Below, piece after piece: positions 1-9,424 of a DNA stretch of 25,523 nucleotides. The notes beneath the pieces are model-generated. The model was given only the letters and a program-made list of their open reading frames with translations, did no database searches and was not told where the DNA came from. Position 1 is the first letter of the stretch; every line of letters starts with the position of its first letter. A program made the position numbers and the translations under genes. This DNA is from Saprolegnia diclina VS20. Taxonomy: Eukaryota. The stretch spans positions 207,385 through 232,907 of the forward strand of contig NW_008246100.1 of assembly GCF_000281045.1 (NCBI RefSeq), given 5' to 3'.

Positions 1-14
1 GCTTTACGCCATCG

Positions 15-791
15 ATGGTGCAGCTCGCGCCTGACCCGATCCCGCCCGTCGTCAAGGGCGTCAACCCTCTCTTCCAGCACGCCAAGATGCCCAACCCACT
101 CTTCCAAACCGCTCCAAAGAACCCCCTTTTCGACACGGCGCCAGCGAAAAACCCTCTTTTCGAAAAGGTGCCGAGCAGCAACCCCCTTTTCGACAAGACG
201 CCAAGTACAAACCCCCTTTTTCAGACCTCGTCGCCGTCCCAGAACCCCCTTTTCCAAAAGACAGTGTCATCATCGAGCAATCCGCTCTTCCAGAAGACAA
301 CAAGCTCGACGAGCTCCGCCAGCAGCAGCAGCAGCCCGGCCGCGACCAACCCGCTCTTCGCCGCCAGCCCGCTCTTTGGCGCGCCCAAGCCAGCGCCCTC
401 GTCGCTGTTTGCGGCGCCGTCGCTCTTCCAGACGCCTGCGACCGCCGCACCGAGTAACGAGTGGCAGCACCTGGTGTCCTCGTCGGTCGACCGCTTCATG
501 CAGAGCACGGATAAGTTCTCATCGGCCGAAGACACGTTCAAGTTTATCATGGAAGAGCGGTCGCGCATCGCGACCGAGAAGGAAAAGCTAGAGGCGGCGC
601 CCGATGAGCTCTTCCCGAGCCTCGGGACGGCCCCGGACGCGCTTCTGACGTTCCTCATGGGCTCGTCCGTCGACTTGCTTCAGCGCAGCGTCGACACGTT
701 CGAGCACCACCTCACGCAGCTCGACATGAGCGACTCGCACGACGACGACGACGACGAAGACTTCGGGCTCGTGGACGACGAGACGTCGTAG
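15..791 (+). CDS. Low-complexity NPLF-repeat protein with predicted helical C-terminal region and acidic tail; may be 5'-partial
   Basis: 258-aa ORF with GC3-rich codons. Nine NPLF motifs plus SPLF/SSLF/PSLF variants in S/T/P-rich spacers. The frame is open back to the window edge, so the true start may lie upstream. Confidence 0.8.
   Translation: MVQLAPDPIPPVVKGVNPLFQHAKMPNPLFQTAPKNPLFDTAPAKNPLFEKVPSSNPLFDKTPSTNPLFQTSSPSQNPLFQKTVSSSSNPLFQKTTSSTSSASSSSSPAATNPLFAASPLFGAPKPAPSSLFAAPSLFQTPATAAPSNEWQHLVSSSVDRFMQSTDKFSSAEDTFKFIMEERSRIATEKEKLEAAPDELFPSLGTAPDALLTFLMGSSVDLLQRSVDTFEHHLTQLDMSDSHDDDDDEDFGLVDDETS
63..431 (+). repeat. Imperfect coding tandem repeat (mostly ~27-36 nt period) encoding NPLF units
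   Basis: Recurrent AACCC(N)CT(N)TT(Y) units at 63, 93, 120, 150, 180, 210, 243, 279 and 348, followed by degenerate xxLF copies. Confidence 0.9.
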
Positions 792-846
792 TATCGGTAA
801 TGTAGTTCAAGTAGTACAATAGAACGCCTTTTCATGGATTCACAAG

Positions 847-1608
847 TTACAAGGACGAGGTCTTGTGGAGCCGGCGGCGAAAGAGGTCGAAGATCATGCC
901 GTAGACAAGGCTCGTGAGCTGCGCGTCGAAGCGGTCGCCTTCGTCGCGCATGAACGCATGCGGGCCGTTGACCTCGTGCCAAGTAAAGTCCTTGGCCGCC
1001 GCGTTGAGCTTGTCGTAAATGTGCGTGCGACCGGCCTGCGGTACGTGCGGGTCCTGGCGCCCAAACACAAACATGAGCTCGCCAGTGATGAGCGCGAGGC
1101 GCGCCGGGTCCATGCTGTGCGTGCCGGGCGTCGACGGAATGACCTGCGTGTGGAGGTCCGTCGCGTACATGCACGCCGTCGCGAGCACTTCGGGCTGCTG
1201 CGCCGCGCGGAAGGCCAAGTGACCGCCGAGGCAAAAGCCCATCGAGCCAAACGCGCCGCTGCACCACGGCTGCGTCTTGGCCCACGCGATCGCCGCGGCA
1301 TTGTCGCTGTCGTACGCGGTCACAGGCTTGGCGCTCTTGTCCGCGTTGCCCTTGTCCTTGCCAACGTCGTCGTATGCGAGGACCGTGCCAATCGGGTTGA
1401 GCTCGTGGAACACTTCCTGCACGAGCACGACGTAGCCATGGCCCGCGACGTACCGCGCGGTGCGCTCGATGGGCCCCGTCTGCTGGAAGATTTCGGAGAA
1501 GAGGAGGATCGTCGGGTACCGCGCCGACGCGTCCGTCGGGCGGTGGACATACGTCCGCATGACGCCCGTCGGCGTCGGCAGGTCCACGTGTTCGCTCAAG
1601 ATCATCAT
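847..1608 (-). CDS. Dienelactone hydrolase (carboxymethylenebutenolidase) family protein, single exon
   Basis: Nucleophile motif G-F-C-L-G-G-H, FSEIFQQTGPI segment, FGRQDPHV (Asp) and HAFMRDEG (His). ATG at 1608 chosen over the ORF track's upstream TTG. Confidence 0.92.
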   Translation of the reverse strand: MMILSEHVDLPTPTGVMRTYVHRPTDASARYPTILLFSEIFQQTGPIERTARYVAGHGYVVLVQEVFHELNPIGTVLAYDDVGKDKGNADKSAKPVTAYDSDNAAAIAWAKTQPWCSGAFGSMGFCLGGHLAFRAAQQPEVLATACMYATDLHTQVIPSTPGTHSMDPARLALITGELMFVFGRQDPHVPQAGRTHIYDKLNAAAKDFTWHEVNGPHAFMRDEGDRFDAQLTSLVYGMIFDLFRRRLHKTSSL

Positions 1609-1652
1609 CGTGCCAGTTGTCAAATGGGCGATGGCCAGGAACCGCCGACGTT

Positions 1653-1663
1653 GATTGGCCAAT
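1653..1663. promoter_or_regulatory. Palindromic double CCAAT box upstream of the dienelactone hydrolase
   Basis: GATTGGCCAAT, 45 nt upstream of ATG 1608. Confidence 0.5.
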
Positions 1664-1851
1664 ATTGCGATCTTTCAGGGTCGTACAAATCTGAACGACC
1701 CCATGTCGCGACGTCGACACCACTCTACACAGCCCACCCTCTCAAGACTCAAACGACTACTACTCACGACTATGTGTAAGATGCCCTTCGCGATCCACTG
1801 TACCAAAACGCTGTTTACATTCTGCATGTCAAAACGCATGCCACATCGACA

Positions 1852-4800
1852 CTAGGCGGGGGTCGTACGACGGGCGCGGAACCGCCGCTGGAGCGTGTTG
1901 GCGACGCGGTGCATGGCGGCTTGGTTGATCAAGACGAAGATCTTATCGTCGGCGTGAACGACCACATGGGCGTACGGTGCCGTGTAGACATAGTCTTTTT
2001 GCGCGCCATTCCGGTGCGACGGCGCGCGCAAGAGACCAATCGGAAGCGCGACTGCGTGTCGCGTCGCCGCCGTCATCCGGTGGAAGAGGTCGCCGTACGT
2101 GAGGTGGAGGCGGCGCCATTGCTTCGGGACGTCGTAGAGCATAAAGACGTTCTTGCCCTCGAGCACGTGCTGGATGAACACGTTGATGCTCGGGTTGAAG
2201 AAGCTCTGGATCAAGAGCTCGTCGGCCACGTAGCCCGGGAAGAGCGTGCCGCACATGAAGCGCTCCTGGAAGAACGTGTCGTTGTCTTCCATGTGGAAGC
2301 GGTGCATGAGCATCGCCATCTGCTTGTTGGCCAGCGGGTCCTCGGCGTCCGACGCCGCCATTTGGCACTCGTGGTAGTTGCCGGTGAAGGCGTTCCGGAG
2401 CACGTGGAGGCCGTCGCGGGCGTCCATGACGCGGTCCTGAAACCAGTGCGGCAGGCGCAGCAGCGTCGACGGCGGCGGCGAGACCGAGAGCATCGACGAC
2501 CGGTCGGGCTGCGAGAGCCGCGCGGGGGCGTCCAGCATCGGCAGAGCCGCCAGCGAGAGGTGGCGGTCCGAGTGGAACGACGTGCTGCGGTGGAGTGGGT
2601 CGAGGAACTTGTTGAAGTGTTCGTCCTTGAGCTCGATGATGGAAAATACGTTCGAGTCGCGGATCGCCGCGTCGATCAAAATCGCATTAAAGATGGCTTT
2701 CGAGTCGTCGTTGTTCTAGTGGACAATATGTACAACCGTCAACCACCAATGAAAACACCTACCCCTTCCGAGCCCTGGTCGAGCACAACGATGGCCGACG
2801 CGTTGTAGACGCCGGCGCGCACAAGGGTGCTGTGCTTTTGCGGCGAGCCTACAAAGCATACTGAGCGTCCTCGTCCTCCTCGCTTGTTGGACCTTGAACG
2901 TGGTAGACGTCGCCAAAGACACTGAGCTGCGCCCACGCGCTGCTAGTAAAGGTCGCAGGGTCCACGATCACGACGGGGACGGGCCCCGTCACATGGTCCT
3001 TGCGCAGCGGCCGCAAAAAGTTGACGAGCCGCGACATCGAGTGCCCGCCCGAGAGCGACACACCGCTACGTACATGCATGTGTGAGTGACAACGCATAGA
3101 CGAGGCAAGCGATACCTGCAGATGATGATGTGGTTGCCGGCGTGGACGAGGTCGGCGGGCGGACTGGGCGGCGCGTCGAGCATCTCGAGTCGGTCAATGT
3201 ACGACCGTACACTCTTGGGAATCGACTTCTCGACCTAACCACACATGAGCCCGGTCGTATTCAACAACAAGCAAGACGCACGTTGTGCCGGGCCCGCTCG
3301 GCGCGCGCCACGAGGTTGGGACGCGCGCGCAAAAGCGCGGCCATCGAGTGACTTCGAAAGAGGTTGCCGACCGCCGAGTAGCGCACGAGGTCCTTCATCG
3401 AGTCGGCAATGACATAGACCTGCGCAAAGCCACTAAGATCTTGGCCGACATATGCGATACGCGACCTTGGACGACGGCTGAATGCGCTCTGTGTGGCCAG
3501 GGTTACAGTGCACGACTTGGTGGTGCTCGATCGCGATCAGGAGGACTTGACCCTGCGTCTCGTCAAAGATGGCGACCGTGACGTCCGTAAACGTCATGCC
3601 ATGGTACCTACGACACGCTTATAGGAGCACACGATCGTCTTCTGGGATGTACCGTGCGTCGAGGTAGATGGCATAGATCTCTTTGCCCGCGCCTGTGACG
3701 TACTCGTCCGCCCAGAGCGGGAGCGGCTCGTCGCCGTCGTTGGCGATCTTGCTGTCAAAGGACCCGATCAAATTCGAGATGAGCGTCGAGAGGCCCTTGC
3801 AACGACAGCTCAGGCCCATCAACCCGAGCTTGATCTCGTCCGAGCACACCTATGTGCACGTTAGAGTCTTATCTCGGCGCTGGCGCTCACCAGATGGTCG
3901 CTCTTGATGCCCGTGGCTTCTAGCAGCACGCGGTTCTCCGAGTTGACAAGCATCGCAAACAGCTGTGTATGTTGGCCCTTGTGGTTGGAGACCGAGAGGA
4001 CGCGGAGAACGTTCGCAGCATCTTCCTGATTAGCGTTGGTCGCGTACTTGTTGGGGATGAAGAACACCTACGCAGAGCGTCCGTCGTACGCTTCTCAACA
4101 AATAGGGCGACGCACCGCGAGCGCGTCGTGTACTTTGGCCCGGTTGAGGTCGACTTCCTCGAGCGGCGAGCCCGCGAGCATGGTCACCTTGCCGTGGTAC
4201 TGCGGGTGGCTGCGGATGTACTCTTGCAGCGTGTTCTGCACCTCGCGCTCCATGTCTTCATCTTGAAATTCCATGAGCACGACAACGTGTGCTTGCTGGT
4301 GGAACAGCTGCGGCCGACGCAGTCGCGCCTTGGGTGTCGACGTCGTCGTCGAGGACGAGAAGAGCGCTTCGTGGTCCGGGTGGAAGAATTCGCGGATGAA
4401 GTCCATGACCTGGACGGCCGACGGGTTGCCCGTGACGACGACGTGCTGGACGTTGCGGCGCAGTGTGTACTTGGTGCGGCCCATGCGCTGGTCTTCGTAG
4501 ATGGCGACGAGCCGCGCCGTCTCTTGTGCAAACGTGTAGATACCAGTCACGATGAAGAAGAGCACCGAGACACGGCCGCAGACGGTCTTGGGTCTACGAT
4601 GCACATTGTATATGACATTCTCGACCACGAGAACGTACGTAAAGTCGCCATAGCCCACGGTCGAGACGGTCACCAGCATAAAGTAGAAGGACGTAAAGAG
4701 ACTCATGGCTTCCGTGCAGAGCCCAGCGTCGTAGCCGGCCGTGTTATTACTCGGGACGAGGTCGCCGGCGCGGGTCGGACACATGTAGACGTGGAAGAAG

Positions 4801-5868
4801 TACGAGTCCGTGCCCGGGATCTCGCCGAGGCGCTCGAGCGAGTAGAGCACGGCGGCGGCTACAAAACACATAGTTGTACCGATACACTAGACCTTTAGCT
4901 ACCAAAGAAGACGAGGCAGCCGGCCTTGATCATAAAGCCCACGAGCTGCGCGTGGAACGACTTGTAGCTCTAGAAGCAAGCCAGCAGGACGTCGACGGAG
5001 GGAGAGAGTGGGAAACGCACCTCGAAGAGATGCTGCACAACGTAGTAGATGATGTACGCCCGAAGAAAGGCGAGGTCGAGCCACGAGTAGCGCTCCTTGC
5101 CCGTCGTCTGGTCGGATATCAGAATCTGGTACTACAGGACAAAACCAGATCGCAGACGCACCGGCGTCGTCGCCAGCGAGAAATGCGACGCGATCGAGAG
5201 CAGATCAAAGAGGTTGGAGAGGCGGACGACGTGGTAGAACCTAAACGGCGACGTGTCGGGACCTCATGTGGGAATTTGAGATGCGTACTTGTGCTTGGCG
5301 CCGAGCCAGCGAAGGACGTAGTTGAACGCGCAGAGACCCATGAGGAGCGACTCGATCGTCCACGTGGCCGGGTCGAGGCTGAGCGCACCGGCGCGGGCAA
5401 CTACGTTCTTATCAGTATCCTGGCCTGTATATCGACCGATGGCCTACTCCAGGACATGCACGAGTAGAGCGACGCAACGAATTGCACGCCGTGGGCCTAT
5501 AGACAGCTCGTGAGCGAGGCGAATCCGGGCAGTATGGCGTCGGGTACGAGCGAGAGGGCGAACGACGAGTCCCAGAACGACCGCATCTTCTCAATGTGCT
5601 TGTTCTGCGCAAGGTCAAGCCACTCGAAGAGCACGGACGCGCCAAAGATGGGCGTCTGGATGAGCAGCCATAGCTTCACTTGCTGCCAAATGAGGTACCA
5701 CGAAGCAGTGTAGCAGTTCTTGTTGGTGTCGAGGAGCGCGCACGCCTTCTCGGCGATCAAGGGCGCGACCACGGACGCTGTCGAGTTCATGAAGCTGTCC
5801 CAGTCTGGCACGAACGTGTCGTTGACCCAGGAAGCGTTCTTGAAGCGTGAAGAGACCTGCTCGAGCAT
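1852..5868 (-). CDS. Slo/BK-family K+ channel alpha subunit with two RCK domains, multi-exon
   Basis: Pore signature TVSTVGYGD (~4640-4670). S4-like WLDLAFLRAY. RCK1 segments HVVVTG, LAGSPLEEVDLNRAKV, EDAANVLRVLSV and CSDEIKLGLMGLSCRCKGLSTLISNL. RCK2 segments NHIIIC, NFLRPLR, FMCGTLF and YVYTAP. Not all exon boundaries were resolved. Confidence 0.9.
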
Positions 5869-6858
5869 GCTGGCGGCTTCCGGCCCTCGAGTCCCGATGC
5901 CAGATGCATTAGCCTACGGTACCCTTCGCCCAATCAGCGCATGGCTTATGTTCGCCGCCTGCGATTGGCTGTTTCCGTGGAACCGAAGTTGCGCTTTTGT
6001 GTCTTGTTTGAAGTATACCCATTCGAAGTTGCACCAGATGGCATCAAATTAATCCTGTCGCATTGAATAGAAAGCTGCTGCGTTCGATAGAATTATCCAG
6101 TCAAGTATTGTTGCATCGCAAAATAATTTCGAGTCGGACGCACACGCGAGACGCTTCGAATCGAAGCACACGCCCACGTGATCGCTGGTGGACGCAACTG
6201 GAAGTTAGAAACACCCAACTTTTCGATTGGGCTGCACCGTTGGCAGCTTTGGTTGCTCCGACGCCAATGTACTGGAGCTCTCGTACAAATGCAGTCGTCA
6301 AATCGTCACTACCGCATATCTAGTATGATCTCTACAGTGCGTGAATCGCTCACCGCGTTCTTTTTCTGGTACTGAGACGACGTGAAAAGATACCAGATCC
6401 AGATTCTGAAGCTGAGCGCATCTAGGACAACTGGATCAGCTCACTGGGTCACTTGGACGTTGTCGATGTATCGCGAATTCTCTTTGCGACCACACCACTT
6501 GCGTGAAAAGTGAGAGACTCGAGCGATCCCAGTGCGATCGTCCAACGCCGTCACGGTCACTGTCTCGTATACACTCCGGGATACACTCGTGGCAGGTTGT
6601 GGGATCGGCATGGACGAGGGGTGTGGACAATGTCGTCGTGCAGTCCACGGCGGGTCCCTGGGATGTCCACGGACGCCGGTATCTTTCCTGAGGTTGCGTG
6701 GGGGCATCCGGTCCTAGTTGTAGGTCAAGTTGAAGTGTGGAGGTGCACTTTCGCGACTAATTAGGCTCCAAAGCGCCTGTGATAAGGATCATTCGAAAAT
6801 CTGGCTTCGAAAAAATCTTTGGCATTTTTGGAATTGCCCCGTGGCCCGGAAGCGAAGC

Positions 6859-8067
6859 ATGTTGACGGAAGTGGTTGATGTCAAGAAGTTCCACGACTAT
6901 GGCTTCGAGTGCATGGGCCTCTTTGCCAAGGAAGACCTGCCCAAGGGCACGCTCATCTGGTACTCGCAGGACATTGACGTCGTCGACATCTACACCAAGG
7001 CCGAGATCCTCGCGCACCCGCAGAAGGACACGCTCATCACATACTCGTACATGCGCGGCGACGACAGTACGATCGAAGGCCATGGCCTACGGCTAATGCC
7101 TCCGTGTAGAGTTTGGCTCGACGCTCAACCCGTCGTCCGACTCGAGCTGGTATTTCAACCACTCGTGCGACCCCACGACGTGGTACGAAGGCGACGAGCG
7201 CATCACGACGTGCCGCGACGTCAAGAAGGGCGAGCAGCTGACGTACGACTACGCGTGCACCGAGACCGAGTCGTCGATGCACTACGGCTTGCAGTGCCTC
7301 TGTGGCATGGCGGCGTGCCGTGGTGTGCTCACGTTCTCCGAGTGGCGCTCGCGCAAGTTCATCAAGAAGAACCGCGACCACTTGAACGACCACGTGTGGA
7401 AGAAACACTCGGAGAACAGTTGGTATGACCCACGCGCCGAGGTGCGCAACAAGTCGGGCGAGGCCATGGGGCTCTTTGCGCGCCTCCACAAGGATGCGGT
7501 GATCAAGAAGGGCGAGATCATCTGCGTCTTCTCTGGCAAGATCGTGCACCGCGACCACATCTTGGAGCCGGGCGCTGTCTCGAAGCGCGACTTCGAGATG
7601 TCGTTGCAGGTGGCGCCGACGCTGTGGCAGATTCCGTCGTGGAAGGTACGGGTGCATTTTGCGATCCGATGCCTAAAGCATCGCGTAGGAGAGCGGTGAG
7701 AAGTGCGACACTAGCGACTACATCAACCACTCGTGCGACCCGTCGTGCGGCATGAAGGACTCGGTCACGGTGCACGCCATCCGCGACATCTACCCTGGTG
7801 ACGAGATCACGATCGACTACGCCATGGTACATTGCACCGTCCTTATCCTCATTGTCCGGCACTGGATTCAACACTTCTTTTGCGTAGGTCAACGACGGGA
7901 GCATGGAGCAAGACAGCGACAACTTTGACTGCCAGTGTGGCAGTGCCAGCTGCCGCGGGCGCATCACGTCAACGGACTGGCGTCTGCCCGAGGTCTGCAG
8001 CCGCCTCGGCGAACACTTTTCGCCCTTCGTCAAGGAGCTTGTGCTGCGTGCCCAGACGACGCCTTAG
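6859..8067 (+). CDS. Protein with two tandem SET + post-SET domains (putative lysine methyltransferase), 4 exons, ~353 aa
   Basis: Exons 6859-7066, 7110-7645, 7689-7826 and 7888-8067 splice in frame via GT-AG introns. SET1: GLFAKEDLPKG...YFNHSCDP...EQLTYDY...CLCGMAAC. SET2: GLFAR...IKKGE...YINHSCDP...EITIDY...CQCGSASC. Confidence 0.9.
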
Positions 8068-8375
8068 GAGGTGCTAACTCGACTGGTGTAACAAGCACCT
8101 CAGTTCTGACGTGTACAACACACTTGGGTGCACGCGCACGTTGTGGCCTGCTTGCTGTCGACAGCCCACAATCTGATCGGCGAGCTGGTCCAGGGACAGA
8201 GGTCAGGCAGCTGCATCGCATGCATGTTCCACCCAGCTACGCTTGTGGTGATCAGCATGCTACGCCGCGGTCGTGGAGGTTCATGCAGTCGGATGCAGCG
8301 AAGATCGCAATTGCGCGATCTTTGACGATGCCGAAAATAATATTGCATTCGGCATTTTGGAGCTCTCGGCTTCTG

Positions 8376-8388
8376 GATTGGCCAAAAA
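8376..8388. promoter_or_regulatory. CCAAT-box element GATTGGCCAAAAA upstream of the 8419 gene
   Basis: Starts 43 nt before the ATG. A second CCAAT (GGCCAATC) lies at ~8400. Confidence 0.5.
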
Positions 8389-8418
8389 TTCAGGCGGCTG
8401 GCCAATCGAAGTGGCGGG

Positions 8419-9382
8419 ATGGGCATATCCAAGAAGAAGCGAGAGAAGATGCAAGACGTCTGCGACTGGTCGATGGCCGTGCCCGTCGCCCGTGGCCGCC
8501 TCACACCCATGGAGCCTCTAGCCATGAAGGGTGATCCCGGCTTTGGGAGGCTCATGCTGGACTTGTCCCTGCCCGTGCCACCACCGCGGTGCGCCGTTGG
8601 CGCCCGGCAAGCGACCTCGGGCGTGAAGAAGGAAGAGAAGTTGCCAAGCGCAGGGCCTCTCGTTGTTTCGCCGAGTCAAGTCCCAAAGCGCCCATACCCC
8701 GAAGAGGCGTACGCTACCAACGTGCGCAACGTCCGGCGCGCGTTTGACCGGCGCTGCTCCGTCGAAAGTCCCAGCAAATCGTCTGCCACCCCGCCGGCTT
8801 GGCCGCGGCAGCGTCTGCAGGCAGCGCCTTCGCTGGAGCCCGAGTTGATGAACGCCTTTGTCAAGCTCGAGACCCGGCCACTGCAAGACGCAGCGCCACG
8901 GGTTGACTCAACGCGTAGGATGCATACTGATGTTGTGTTGCAGGTCGCCACCGCAAGCGTCTATAGCCGCGCCGCGCCGCGTGCATCGTGGCCCGCGGTA
9001 CATTCGACGAGCCATACGAGCGATCTCCTTATCCACTGTGTAGCTTCCAGAGTTTGTCGCTCCGATACCGAACTTTGTACCAGTCGTTGCTTCAACGTCT
9101 GCCGCCGCACCAGCGGCGCCGACCATCCCGCCAGAGCTTGCAGCACCGACAGTAAACCCGGCGCACCTGGACGATACGGAAGTGCGGTCGCCATTGGAGT
9201 CCATGGACGAAGACGCCAATGAAGTCGCTCTGGACGACGATGAGAGCGGTGTTCGACCGATGCCACAAATGCAGGACGAGTACGACGACGGTGCACCCTA
9301 CGGCGGTGGGTTTGCGTTGACCGCCGGCAACGTCGTCGGCGAGGTGGGCGAGATGTATTCGCAAGACGGATACAAGTTGTAG
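8419..9382 (+). CDS. Hypothetical Pro/Ala-rich protein with acidic C-terminus
   Basis: ORF from ATG 8419. A phase-0 intron at 8998-9043 joins it to the frame ending at TAG 9382. Probable in-frame intron at 8902-8943 (CTGAT branch, TGCAG acceptor). No recognisable domain. Confidence 0.65.
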
Positions 9383-9424
9383 CTTCAACGATACACTTTG
9401 AATATACTTGGCCCTTCAAGACCC

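Noticed and set aside
63..360. Regularly spaced repeats as a CRISPR array
   Set aside because: Repeats are only ~12 nt, in frame, vary at third codon positions and lie in a eukaryotic CDS; no cas genes.
680..1779. Long overlapping ORFs 680-1723(-) and 865-1779(+)
   Set aside because: Alternative-frame and antisense shadows of the GC-rich dienelactone hydrolase gene; Arg-rich with no motifs.
1909..5467. Long plus-strand ORFs 1909-2808, 3969-4898 and 4874-5467
   Set aside because: Antisense shadows of the K+ channel exons caused by GC3 bias.
6441..6707. 88-aa minus-strand ORF between the channel and SET genes
   Set aside because: No recognisable motif or clear codon bias; cannot be supported without expression data.
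9371..9382. C-terminal YKL as a peroxisomal PTS1
   Set aside because: Tyr at -3 does not fit the small-residue consensus.
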